Positions 14,117 to 27,012 of a stretch of 64,000 bases of DNA are shown here, one piece after another. The notes beneath the pieces are model-generated. The model worked only from the letters and a program-made list of their open reading frames with translations. It ran no database searches and had not been told where the DNA came from. Position 1 is the first letter of the stretch. The number at the start of each line of letters is the position of its first letter. The position numbers and the translations under genes were made by a program. Source of the stretch: Camelus ferus (taxonomy: Eukaryota); NCBI RefSeq assembly GCF_009834535.1, contig NC_045707.1:56112001-56176000 (forward strand), in the 5' to 3' direction.

Positions 14117-14360
14117 AGGGGGCAGCCACTCTTTAGCTCCTGCTAATTGGTTCCATGCAGGAATATAGGCTCACTGTTGTCAAATTCTTTTTTTTTTTTT
14201 TTAATTAAGAAAGCTGTAAATACGAACCAGGCAGTAAAGTGTCCTAATTTTTAAATGTTGGCTACTAACTTTTTTGTTTTGTTCTGTTTTCCCTTGCTTT
14301 TTACTTTCTTGTAACACAATTCTGAATAAATAAAAACTAGGCTGCCAATTCACAACTTCA
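14117..14360. mobile_element. Probable hAT DNA transposon remnant (MER102-like)
   Basis: aagaaagctg ... cctaatttttaaatgttggctactaa ... ggctgccaattcacaac resembles MER102 as recalled. Confidence 0.4.
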
Positions 14361-16287
14361 AAAATTTACAGAATGCCTGATATACTGTCAGTGCTAAACA
14401 CCTTACTGAATCAATGCCCCCTGGATAGTTAATAGAAGTCCCCTGACAATTTCAAAGTATTTTGTGTAGTTCATTTCCTGTTTTATTTTCCAATTGTTTC
14501 CACCTTTTTAAAGAACTGATTTTTATTTGTTCAATTTAGGTGACTAAAATATACCTCTTAAAGTACACAATATAAAAATTACCCTTTATCTATTACTCTT
14601 ACAAGTAAAATCAGCAGATAATAAATTTGTCTTGGCAGCAGGTTCACAACGTGGTGAAGAATTTTATCACTGAATTGCTTGAAGGACCTCAACTTCCAGG
14701 CATGCCAGGGTAGAGGTGATAAATTCCTCATGGATACAAACACCCCAGCATTCTAAATCACCTTCTCATCTTCCACCCTGTGATTCGTGATGCTTTAAAT
14801 ATGAAGATGTTTATTTCTGTTTTGCAAGACCAGGTAAATATTATCTGCTCTATACACATGTTTCCTTCCCTGTCTTTCAGTAAATTTTGTAAAGAGCAAA
14901 GCTTGTATCTGAGAAGCAGAAAAGGCTCATGGGCATTTCCATAACTAAGTCTTGGTTTTATGTGTCAACTTCATCATTTTCTCTTTAATGAATGATACAG
15001 TACTGTTGTGCACAGCCTTAAAACACTCTACTTAGATTTGGGGATAAGTCCAGGGACCTGACATATGTCTGTCCGCACATTTATTTGGCACTTGCAGAAG
15101 TAATTTAGCAAATATTCCAAAGCATTCAAATATGAATGCACCAATAACACTTGACAAGTGTCCACTAATTCTGATAACAGCACCATTACCATTGCTAATT
15201 CTACCACCAGCAATTTGTGCTACTCTCTGATGGCACAAACAAGAAGAGATGATTGGAAGTAAAAGCTTGCTCCTTAGAACACAATATTGGTATTTCATAT
15301 AATAAAATTTAATAAAAACTTGACATCTTGCCCAAAGATGTGCCAGATTTGCCAAAGATTTACCAGAAAAGTCTACTGCATTCAAAATTGGATTCACTTG
15401 ACAAAAAAAAAAAAAAAAGAAAAACAAAAAAAATTGATTTAAACACCAAGTTTTCCAAACTAGATAAAGGAAAAGAACTGAAACACCCATTATCCCTTTT
15501 CTGTTAAATTTTATATAATATTGGATAATTTAATTTTCACTATTTCAAAATGACAAAAATAAAACTAAGTGATGAGAATGTGACAGGATTTGGGAGGGTG
15601 GAGAAGGGGAGGAGGAGGAGCTTTTGTTGTCATCATTTGGCTTTTAGAGGTATCAGAGCTAATCCAGTTTCAGGGAACCCTTTTCATTGACAGCAATAAA
15701 ATGTGAACTTTCTACACAGGGTTGTGCCCTACTTATGTTCAAGTTCCATGAACCAAGAAACAACTCAAGACCAAGAAACACAGAAGCAATCCTGTAAAGA
15801 TCCTCCCAGGACTCTGTGAGGGGTGATTTAGAGTCCCACTGAGTCCCTTTTAATATCTAATTTTTAGAATGCTAATTATGAGAATGTTTTAATTATCTTC
15901 TTTTTTAAAAACTTCCTCGTCCCTAACACAATTCCTGAATATAGAAGGAACAAAGCAAGCAAAGGAGACTCTAAGGGAGGCAGAAGTCAGCTTAGCCACC
16001 TCATACCTTATCCCAAAGGAGACCAGAAACAAGCAAGTTACAAGAGGCAACAAGAAAATGCTTCACAGATAGTAATCAAGCATCAGCTGAAAGATTGGCA
16101 TAAAAAAAAAGACAAGAAAACCTTTTTTTTTTTTTTAAGTACAGGTACAGTTTTCAGGGCACCATTTCTGTGTACTCTGACAAGATACCTTTAAGAGTGC
16201 TTTTCTATTATGGTCCAGTGAAAACTACAGCTAAAACAAAATTTTCATAATGATCCCATCTTCAAACAGTTTTCTTTTTTTTTTTTT

Positions 16288-16550
16288 TACAACTTTACTA
16301 AGTTTTATTTTATACCGTAAAATTCACCCATTTCAAGTATATCATTCAATGATTTTTTAGTAAATTTACTGAGTGGTGCAGCCATCACTATAAATCAGTT
16401 TTAGAGTATTTTCAGAATCTTAATAAGATCCCTAATGCTTACTTGCACTAATCACATTCCCACTCCCAGGAAAACACTCTTCTGCTTTCTCTTTTCTATA
16501 GAAGTAATCCTTTTCTGGGCATCTCATATAAATGGAATCATACGATATTC
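16288..16550 (-). mobile_element. L1 (L1MB/ME-like) 3' UTR fragment
   Basis: taaaattcacccatttcaagtata ... gtgcagccatcacta ... catataaatggaatcatac. Confidence 0.8.
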
Positions 16551-16574
16551 TACCACTCTCTAGACGAGCATATG

Positions 16575-16720
16575 ATATTTAAGTCATTTAACTTGGCTCT
16601 GCCTCATTTTCCTCACAATAATCACACCTACACCTCATAGAGCTATTATAAAGAAGAAATGAGATAATCCATGTAAAATGCTTAGAAACCCTAGCTGGCA
16701 CATGCCAAGCACAATATGGT
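16575..16720 (+). mobile_element. MIR SINE
   Basis: aagtcatttaacttggctctgcctcattttcctca ... aaatgagataatccatgtaaaatgcttagaa. Confidence 0.75.
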
Positions 16721-16754
16721 CTGCTTGTAACTCTACCACAGCTTCCATGTCAGC

Positions 16755-17240
16755 AGAGCCTCAGTTTCAACATGTCCCAATGTGAACTCTACATCTCTAC
16801 CTTCAAAACTGCTTCCCTCCTAAGTCCCTTCATAGAGAATACTCTAAGCATCCGGACAGTTATCAGAAAGTTCCAGAAATTTTAAACCCTTTCTTACTCA
16901 TTCTCACATCCAGTCAGTAAGTTCTAGAGTCCTCTTTACTCCCCTGAATTTGCCTCTTTCTCTTCATTCCCTCAGCTTTAGTTACAGCTACAATGTTTTT
17001 TTTCCCCCAATTTAGTGCAAAAGCTTCCTACCTGTTCTCTCTACCTTCAACTGGGTTTTCCTCCTATCCTACTTCTGTCAGAGGAGTCTCTCTTAATATA
17101 CAAGCCTACTTCTTTCTCCTTCAAGGCTCCCCTAGCCTTCAGTTTAGCTCTTAAGCTTTCACCCGTCACAAACTGGTTTCTACCTGCTTGTGTATTTCCA
17201 CCTCTGGCCAGTCTCCCGAACACACCCTTGCTATTGGTCA
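16755..17240 (+). mobile_element. LINE-2 fragment
   Basis: tcaacatgtcccaatgtgaactc ... cacatccagtcagt ..., pyrimidine-rich L2 body. Confidence 0.55.
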
Positions 17241-17519
17241 TTCTGCACAATGTGCCGTTTTCTCAATGTATGAACCAGCCTTAGGGCCTTCGGCAAACTA
17301 GATGACTCACAGCACTTGGGAGACTGCCATCCGTCTTTCCCAAATCTTAGCTCCAGTACCACTTTGTCTATCAGATTCCCCGGCATGAATCATCATGATT
17401 TGGAGGTGCCTTTTCTATCCAGAGTTGAATGAGGTAATATATAAAAAGAAGCTCTCACAGTACCATCAACCCAATAAAGTGGCTCTTCTTAAGCCCAAGT
17501 TCAGCATCACTTGACCTCA

Positions 17520-17720
17520 GGGAAGGATGGGGGTGAGGAAAGTATGGAGGAGACAGGGAGGTGTTGGGACAGGGAGAAGCAGAGAGGAAATGGGTAGAGG
17601 AGAAGAGAGGGCAAATGAAAGGACAGGAAGGAAAAGAGGAAAAATGGAAGTTGGTAAAAGAAAAGGACACTCCCTGAGGACAAAGGATGATGGAGGAGAA
17701 AGAGGAAGAAGGGGTAGGAC
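17520..17720. repeat. Purine-rich (GA) low-complexity tract
   Basis: About 200 nt strongly dominated by A/G on the plus strand. Confidence 0.85.
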
Positions 17721-18611
17721 ACATATCCCTCAAGGCAGGCTTTTCTTTTGCGCATGAGCCTTTAATAACAATGTGAACCCCTTCTTTTCCTCCTACCTGT
17801 GATGATAATCATACAATTTTTCTTTCCACTTTTCCGATCCTGAAACACTCCCACTCACAGTGATTCTAGCTCTAAAGCGGAGGGGAAATTTACACACTTT
17901 CATCTGCTGGAGACAACATTTCATTTCCTTTCTAAAGCATTCTCCACATTTACTGTCAATCAACCAAGAGTTACTTTTCAGGTTCTCCATCTGTTTTCAT
18001 TTTTTTCTCCTCTTTCATCAGAATCCATGGAAAATTAGACTTATTTCAATACGCCATAAATATCGAGGATATTTGGGTGAAAGAATCAAAGTTAAAAGAG
18101 GTATTAGAGATTATCCAACTCAGTGGTTTCCAGTATTTTTTACCCAGACCCCTTTAAGTATATCCACCCACACACAATCCAAGGCCTGGCTTTCAAATAG
18201 TTTCTATGCCTAACTTTGTATTTTTCACAATGTATTTCCCAATTTTACTAATCAAAAGTCAAGGCTAATGATCAGATTTTCTGACCAATATAAGCTACTT
18301 AGTGCTAAGGCCCCTGAATTTTTATAATTATTGATCAAAACCCAAGACATAACAAAATCTCAACATTTTGTTAGCCTATATGATCCTGTATTGGATAACT
18401 ATAGGCTTTGGGGTTTTAATGGAAGTCAATGGTGAATTCTGATTATGAATTTCCATGTCCCTTCCCATGCTTTGAGCTACTGACTGCAGCCAAACTCCTC
18501 AAGATTAGAGAGGTCAAAGCCCAAGAAATCTTCAAGCTCTCTATACACGTGATGATCCTTACTTTCTGCAATATTTCTTCACAGCACCTTCAGAAATGTC
18601 TTCTTGTCCTA

Positions 18612-19075
18612 CCAGGGGTCCTTATCTTGGAATGCACAGAGAAAATTTAAAGAGTCGATGAACTTGGATGGGAAAAAAAAGTGCACCTTAGTTGTCACCA
18701 CTCCTACAGAAACTTAGCATTGCTTTTAATTATGAATAAAGGCAACAAACCACAGCAGTGACTTCCTCACCAGCAGGAATCACAGATGCTTTTCTATCAC
18801 AGTAAGTTGTTGCAAATTTCTCAAAAAATCATTTACACTCATCACTACTTCCATATTATGACAGTTAATGGATCTTCCACTTGGATTTTTTATTAAATAG
18901 ATTAATAAAGAAGGATATATTTAACTACACAATAACTTGGTGTTTCGTATTTTGATAAATATATTTCAATTTCTTTGGCTTCTAGATGTTTTGTTTTATG
19001 TAGTTAATACAGTTTTTCAGGAAGAAGTCCATAGTATTCACCGATGGACAAAGGGATCCATAATACACACAGACA
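18612..19075. mobile_element. hAT-Charlie non-autonomous DNA transposon (Charlie4a-like)
   Basis: gaacttggatgggaaaaaaa ... ttatgaataaaggcaacaaaccacag ... aatcacagat ... gttgttgcaaat ... gtccatagtattcacc ... aaagggatccat follows a Charlie MITE consensus as recalled. Confidence 0.7.
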
Positions 19076-19274
19076 CACACAAACTGCTTGGAAAGCAAAA
19101 TTCACTCAAATTCATCTCTGTGCACCCTGCAATACCAAGATGGGGTAATAAAAAGCAGATACTTCTGTGAGTAAATTGTGCAATCTCACACAGTTAGTAG
19201 GAAAAAAAAGAAGATTCAATTTCAGATCTCCTGAACCCTCTGTATTCCAGTGCTTTCAGAGAGGGGGTTCAGGA

Positions 19275-19450
19275 GCCTGACCTTCAGACACAGATGTGTG
19301 TGGGTTCAAATCTGATAAATCATTTAAGGGCCAATGACTTTAGGTAAGTTACTTAACTTCACAGAGCCTGTTTTCATGTTCATAACTGCTTTATTGGGTT
19401 GAGAGGATTAATTAAATAAAATATGTAGAGAACTTATTATGACAGTTTAC
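19275..19450 (+). mobile_element. MIR SINE
   Basis: gggttcaaatctg ... tgactttaggtaagttacttaacttc. Confidence 0.65.
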
Positions 19451-22094
19451 ACATAATTTAATAATTAAAGAGATACAATCATCTACTTCATGTCTAAATA
19501 TCTTTATGGAGTTTTCCCTAATACTCCTTATGTTCCGCATAGCTGTATCATTCTCTAAAACTTCACCGCTGTCAGTGTGATGCCACGCTCCATGTAACTC
19601 TCAAAATCAGAGCCTACTTTCTTCTCAAAAGAACTCGTGGCCCCAGAAGATCTGAAGGCTGTCAGAGCCAGAGCACCATCTCCCTGATCCTTGTTTCCAT
19701 CTTCACACGACTCCCTTAGAAACATCTCTAGGACCCCACACATCTTGGGACTCCACAACACTAAGCCACACCACCTCCTCCTGCCCCCATGATCTGTAAG
19801 GCCAAGGATCATCATCACGGCCAGCTTGCTTTTTTTCATCTACCATTATCCACACTGAGGACACACACAAAACTTCAGTCACAGATTTGAGGTTTCTATC
19901 ATTCTAATGACTTCACATTTTCTCCATGAATCCATATGATTCACCATTGGCCTGCCATTCCACTAACATAGTGCCTGACAGATGTGATGGAAAATTAAAG
20001 GGTACGATGCTGAATTGGATTTCATGTTCCTAACACCTCTATGAGATCAGAGGTTACTGTCCTCTTCACAGATGATCAGCCCAGGTTCAGACAAGTCACT
20101 GACCTGCCCAGTGCAATACTGCCAGAAAGTCAAAAATTGAAGAATAAATTGAAGGACTCCCATGAGTCAATGATCCGTCACACTTGATTTTTATTCTCTT
20201 TATTAACAAGAAATATTAAGCCTATTTTCTCAATTTCTTATTCCCTTAGAGAATTTACAATTTCTAAATACTTATTTTTAATGTATTATTCATATATTAT
20301 GTTCCTAATGATGATGATTCATTCAAATCTTGATTTAAGTACCAAAAAGGTGAGCTGGAAATGACTTGAGATGGAAATACGGGGCTGCCTAGAAAAGAAA
20401 GAAGCATCACTGCAAGGACCCCAGACAAAGACACGCACTATGACAGTCAGATCGAAAGAAGAGGAACTAAGAGAGACTGTGATGTACTTTGAACTTCGCA
20501 GGGGAAAACAGGGCATCCAGGTTGGAAGGCACGTTCTCCTTGACGATGGCTCAAAACGATCAATGTGATCAGAGCAGAGCCAATAAGGTGTCTAGCTTCA
20601 GATGTGAGCCCCTGCCAGAGGAGAACTGTGTCTCCATTGATCACACAGTGCCAAGCAAAACCTTTAAATCTGCAGTGTGAGCTGGGAGGGTAACTTCAAT
20701 ATAAACACTGATTTTATGGACATGATTTCAACAGCACAGATTTTCCTATCACTCCCATAAAGTCTTTCACTGATAGCAAAATACCTCCAAGCCTTACATA
20801 ATGTAAGTGCTGCCTGGACACGTTCACATATCACCATATCTTTGGCTCAGAGCAACATCAGCAATTCACTACTTGAAAAGTGAAAAAAACTACAGAATTA
20901 CAACAGGCCTAGCACTGCTGCCAACAAATTTACTGCCTCTGTGTTATTTGTAAATTGATTGTTTCTTCTTTGGCTTATGGCAAGTAGAGAATTGCACATA
21001 CGTGCGTTTATATTATATATCAACTCATAAAGTTTAACATTAGAATTGAACACTCCCCACTCTTAGAATATTATGCTACCCTTTAAACAAGTATTACAAT
21101 ATATGTTCGATTTCATGTGTCTCTTCTAGCCTAATTTTTTTTTGTTAACTGTTTTCACTAGCTCCAGGTCAAAACCCTTCTACCTAACTGTCTTTAACAG
21201 AAACCGTTTAACTCTCTGGCTTACGAATTAAGAATTTTCAATAGGCCCTTTTTGAACATCAAATTAACAGGTTTTTTTTGGTGGTGTTCTTAAGTAGAAC
21301 AAGAAGCTGGTGGCTAAAATGTTATTCCATTTATTTACTAGGCCTCACAAGTTCATTTCATATGCAGGCATAAGGAGTTATTCTTCAAATTCACTATTGA
21401 AAATATTATCAAAGGCAGCATTTTTCACTCAATAAGGATTAATCTAGCTATCATTTTAAATCTGCAAACCAATCTTTGAGGCACAAATTTTGCAAAGCCA
21501 GGTAAGACTGTTTTTGTAAAACTTACACTTCTAGCAGCGCAAGTTAACAACACTCCTGAAAAGCGGAATAGGATATAATCCTGCAGTAGGCAGTTCTGGG
21601 CCTGACACCGATTTTTCTACCTGAGGACGACTGCACCCAAACTGCAACCATCTGACAACTGGAGGCTCTGGAAGAGTGTGCAAGATGACAATCCAGGTCA
21701 AAGCAGAAACATCCGGCCTTTTTCCTTGCCAATAAGAAAACCCTCCTATCACTGCTGTGCATTAGTGAACACATTTTATCAAGGGTGCCCCCTGGGGCAC
21801 CCAAAGAACAAAAAAGCATCAAGGCTGTCAACAACCAAGCAGCGATACAGAGTCACTTTGCAGGTGTCAAAAACCTCAATCGCAGAAAATTAGGACCAGC
21901 CGGCCAACCACAGGAGAAAATGGATACCAGAAGAATACCAAACAGCTGCTTAGGGCCGAGCTAAAGCCAGTCTAGCACCCAGGAGGAGGTCAAGCAAAAC
22001 ACTGGCAGAGCACAGGGAGCCTGAAACAATGTAACAAAGCAGCAGACAGCTGGACAACAACTGGTGGGAAACCCAGGCTTGAGGAGACAGAGGC

Positions 22095-22112
22095 GGGGGG
22101 GGGGGGGGGGGG
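22095..22112. repeat. G18 homopolymer
   Basis: 18 consecutive G. Confidence 0.95.
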
Positions 22113-22623
22113 CCAGGTTCACAACCCCCTCCTCAAGCATCCCGGCGGCAGCCACTCTGAGATGCAGCAGCAGGCGTTTCCTGCGTGCCCAACGGGACTG
22201 CCGGGCCGCGCGGCAGGGGCTGGCGGCACCTGCACACAAAGAGGTACTGTTGCTGGAAAATCCACTGCTCAGCAACCGCACTCAGGACCCAGGTACGAGT
22301 TAGGACACTGCCCGTCAACGATCAGACAGGTGTGGTGTCTACACCATCTAGTCACTTACCCTGGTCCAAACAGGCCACACACTTGCCAAGCTCTACCAAA
22401 CATCACTGGGGAGGGACTCACTGCAGTGCCGTCTCAGAGAAAGGAAGTCAGTACAATTTTACATCTGTCAGTCTGACCCAGAGTTTTAACTCCTAACAAT
22501 TGTTATCTTCCATGTGTCTTCCCCAGCGAATGTCAGGGTACCCCCAGGAGTGTCCCGATGTGTTCTCAGGGACCAGTAAGATCATCACTGGAAGAGTTTT
22601 AAAAGGATGTGTTTCCGTTTAGA

Positions 22624-22825
22624 TCAGGGGGTGGCAAACTTTTCAGTGAGAGGTCAGATAGCAAAGATTTCAGGCTTTGCGAGCCCTAAGGTCCCTGGTG
22701 GAACTACCCAACTCTGCCATTGTAGAGAGAAAGTAGCCCCAGACAAAACTACACAAATCTGTGTGATTGCTCAAAAAACAGGCTACAGGGTGCATCTGGC
22801 CCACAAGGATATAGTGCCCACTCCC
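22624..22825. mobile_element. MER58A-like hAT-Charlie MITE
   Basis: cagggggtggcaaacttttc ... cagatagcaaagatttcaggctttg ... actacccaactctgccattgtag. Confidence 0.8.
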
Positions 22826-23064
22826 AATGTAAATGATAATCCAAAATCCAAAATACACACAAACACACACACACACGAATGAATGTTCTACACCTTGTAT
22901 GTGTGATCACCTCATAACTAAGGCCACATGACTTCTAAGATGGCATTTATGATCAAGCTGGCACCAAAGGGTACTACTCAAATGGTCAAGGGTATGACTA
23001 GACAGGAAGTGGACATCATGGGTTCCATGGACATGTGTGGTCTCCCCCTCTTCTCAGAATACCT

Positions 23065-23440
23065 TCCTCTTCCTTCTAACAGAGGCTCTGTTTCCTGTAA
23101 TGCATATGGCACAGGCTAGGCAAACCTACATCCTCTCCACTCTGATGTCAGACCAGAGGTACAGGCACATGGCCTGACTGAAGTAGCCCATCACTCTCCT
23201 GGTCAGCAACTGCGTTTCATGGATGAGCTTGTGATCTAAGTCAGGATAACTAAGGTCCCCCCAGAGCTATTCTGGGAGAGCTAGGGAAGAGACCTGAGGT
23301 TGTCACTGTCACAGTGACCGAGATGGCCAGACCAAGAGATGGAGAGGGAAACAAAGTCCTAGTGGCTTCATTCGGGCTCTTGGGTTCAGACAAGCAACAG
23401 CCTCTACCTTTCCTGAACTGCGGCTCTGAGCATTTAAAAC
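23065..23440 (+). mobile_element. Degenerate MaLR LTR (old MLT1 subfamily)
   Basis: cctcttccttctaacaga ... ggatgagcttgtgatctaag ... gagatggagag ... gtcctagtggcttcatt. Confidence 0.45.
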
Positions 23441-23589
23441 CAAAAGTATTTATCATGAAAATAAATAATATGCTAGCCAAAGTAAAGGGCCAATGACAAT
23501 GTTTCAGCAGCAATTCAAAGCAGCAATACAGGCAAGCCTAACTCCAAAGCACCCCCACCACGTCCATGGTGTGACATCTCACTGCTCCT

Positions 23590-24365
23590 CTTACCCCCAG
23601 AGGAAAGTAGACACATCCCTCTGTCTCCTTTCACCCCAATCTGATCTACCTGTGTGCTTCCTTTTTTACCCGCTTGCTCAAGACAGAAACCTGGGAAGAG
23701 TCTCTCTCCTCCAACTGTCCACATTCAGCTTATCACATGGGATCAACTTTTCTTCACCTCTCCCCATTCTAATACCCCCAAATTTCTTTTTCACCTCCGT
23801 TCCTACCTTGTATTAGTCCTTGTCACCACCAAACAAATCCTCCAACATAATCCTATAATGGGGAATTTTCCGATTGCTCGGCTTTGGATTTCACGCTACT
23901 TCAGACAATTCTCCAAATTTTATCACAGAACCCAACACCTTCAGTGATCCGGTCCCCACCTACCTGGTCAATTCATCTTTTTCCCCTCTGCTTCCTTCCC
24001 TCTGCTCCAGCTTTATGCCCTTTTCTTTGGACACCATGCCTTTCTCTTCCCACACATTTTTTCCTCCAAATAATCTTCCCTCTCTCTCATCTTTAGTAAG
24101 CTACTTATTTCTTCTTCAGGAATCAGTTCTCACAAGTGCCTCTCTCATCCTTCCCTCCCAGTTTGGGTCAAATGTCCCTCATAAATGTACTCACTCACAA
24201 TCATGTCTCCCTGTTGGAGAAATTATCTGTTGACATGGTCTCCCCCTAGACTCTAAAATCCTTGAGATTATGGACTACATCTTCTTCTGGGTCAGTGCCC
24301 CCAATATGAAACATGGTTACTGACACAGCTCAGCATTTACAAATGCTTGCAAAAGGAGTACAGAA
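23590..24365 (+). mobile_element. LINE-2 fragment
   Basis: Pyrimidine-rich body ending tccccctagactctaaaatccttgag ... catttacaaatgcttg. Confidence 0.6.
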
Positions 24366-25542
24366 TGACATGAGCCAGAGCATCCAGCACTGATGCTTTC
24401 TTGGGAGATAGCACACTTCTAGATAAGAATGACTGAACACTTTTAAATCAAAGGTCAATGTCTATTTGATCAGATTTCCTGAATTTAAAATCAACCACAT
24501 TCAAATCTTTCTCCCAAACTTTGAATAGAATTATCCTATTTTTCTACTACAATTGGCAGAAATCAGGCTACTTAAATGGTAAACATACCCTTTCTTTTTC
24601 TTTCTTTCCATCACTTCCAGTAACAACAGTCATTCTCTGACCTCTGAGGGAAGTGCTCAGAATATCCAAAACAATTTACAGTGTTATTCCTAAATATCCT
24701 TAAATCTTTTGGTTGGCATGTGTATAAGGACAATTACCTCTGTGTAATTTTTGTTTCTTTCTTAATTTCTACTCATCTCCTTTTTCTAATACCAATGCTG
24801 ATACAAAATAGAGGTTGCCAGCAACTGATGTGATTTTCTTGCGGAAAAAAAATCCTTAAAATACAAATAATCTTCTTTAAGTGAATGAAAACCAGTAATA
24901 TTTCACAAAAGAAACCATTCATTAGTTTCCATTTACTCAAGACTGTGTGAGAGAATACCATTCCAGTTTTCAATAAAATTACAGCTACAGTGTTACTCTG
25001 GCCTATTTCTACCAATTTCAGTCTATTCTGGTAATCTCTTTCTGAACACGCAAATAGGTTGCAGACGTACACAAAAGATTTTCTTCAAATGCAGTAGGTA
25101 AGCCTCATCCAAAGCATTCACTCTATTTTTATATTGTTTCTCAAAGATGTTTAAAGAAAAAATATTCAGGCTAACTTCTAGTTTGTGTGGTTTTTTTTTC
25201 AGGTTTAGAGAAAAAGCTTAAAGGAAATGATGTTCTTGTCATACCATGTATTTTACAGGAACTCTCTGAACTTCATTTCCAACCAGTTTTCATAATTAAT
25301 GATGACACAAAAAGAAATAAAAATGAAAATTCAAACTTAAGATTATTCTTAGTATTAAAAACTATTTTCAGTACCATTTATGGTCTACCTTGAATCTGTA
25401 AGGTTTGTGGTGGATGAATAAACTGTCCAATTTAATGTTAAATTTACTAATCCCTTTGGGCTTTAGTTTGAAAAATAAACCGAACCCCCTCCCCAAAATA
25501 ATATATTCTCAGATTTCAAATTCTAAATACACAAGATGAACA

Positions 25543-25687
25543 GGGGGAGGGTATAGCTCAGTGGTAGAATGCCTGTCTAGCATGCATGAGATGCTGGGTT
25601 CAATCCCCAGTACCTTCATTAAAACGATAAAGAAAACCTAATTAACAACCCCCCCAATCTTAAAAAAAAAAAAGGCAAGAAAAAAAT
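25543..25687 (+). mobile_element. tRNA-Ala-derived SINE (Vic-1 type, camelid)
   Basis: ggggagggtatagctcagtggtaga (A box) ... gggttcaatccccagtacc (B box), AT-rich part, aacctaatta, C-run, A tail; TSD gatgaaca at 25535-25542 and 25688-25695. Confidence 0.9.
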
Positions 25688-27012
25688 GATGAACATATGG
25701 GTATTTATTATAATCACTTCCCTTAAAAAAAATACAAACAAGCTGCTATTTTATAACACACATCCAAAATTCAGCATGCAATCAAAATGTATCACAGAAT
25801 TTTTTTAAACACCAAAGACCTACTTCTCACAAATACAGCTGAATTCAGAGGACTTCCATTCTAACACCATGTCTTGATTTCATCGCAGGAAGCTGACAGT
25901 CATTTGCTGCCCTGGTTCCAACTCAGAAAGGTACTAATAAGAGCAACCCATCTTCCATCACAGTGTCTCTGTTTTCCCCCCAGCAAAGAAAGTTCATCCC
26001 AATTTCTCCATAACGACCCCTCCTCTATACCACAGAAGGAAAGCACTGCCTCATAAGCAAGAAGGGGGTAAAGTCCTCTTCAAGTCAATTTCTCTCAATT
26101 TCACCAAAGTTCATTTACAGGGCTGTCATATTCAACCTTCTCCTCCATAGCAGATAACCCCTCCTTCCCATCCAACCCCTCACCCTGCAGAAATCCAGCT
26201 GCTAGTCTTTTCTTTAGTCCTAAAAATCACCTGCTGAGGGCACGTTTAATAAGGTCCTGAATCACTGCTTTCTCATACTAATTTAAATTAATCCCAGAGA
26301 GTTGAGAGCCATCCTGCAAAAACCATTTGTTGGTTCCCTTTAATAAATTAAAACAGTATGGCTGATTTTTTTTTAACCCGTCAGTAACAGAATCTGGTTT
26401 ATTAAAACACTTGGTGAATTTTCACCTGAATATTCTAAAAATGTTCCAAGGAACAGATGTGCGCTAGAGAAAACCAGGCTGCTATCCAACAAGAAGCAAA
26501 AGTGTTCTCCTTTTTAGGAGTTTGCCACTTGCTGTTAGAATTGAGTATCAATAGGAACAGAGTAAACAGTCCAACTGAGAAGAAGGTAACAAACACATAA
26601 GAAATAAAATGATGATTATGGCTGAGGTAAAAACATCTTTGGTGCATACAGTTTGTTGTATTAATGTGCCTCCTTTTCTACTGTATGTGTAGCCAAATGA
26701 CCAATGTTTTACTTAAAACAGTATTAAATTGCTCCCAAATGGCCAACTTCAAATACATTTCTTAGGCAAATGAATGCAACTGCTGAGAACCCCAGAAAGG
26801 AACCTGGAAATCATCAGGGCCACACCCTGACCCTGAAGAGAAAACTGTGCCATCAACACGGTGAAACTTCAACATACTAAGCTTACTTGCATTTTGAGAA
26901 AGTATTTCGTCCTCTGGAGTTGCAGGGGCAAGGGAAGCAAGAAATGTTAGTATTAAATGTTAAGTAAACGTGTGAAAGACCTGTTTTAATTAAGAGAGTG
27001 AACAATATTCTT

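Noticed and set aside
15032..15490. 152-aa minus-strand ORF in intron 1
   Set aside because: Runs through a poly-T tract (poly-Phe), is not TMTC2 sequence and has no recognisable domain.
25543..25620. tRNA-Ala-like gene (A and B boxes), also at 27060-27125 on the minus strand
   Set aside because: Followed by the SINE AT-rich body and tail and flanked by TSDs; stems are mutated or deleted. These are SINE copies, not tRNA genes.
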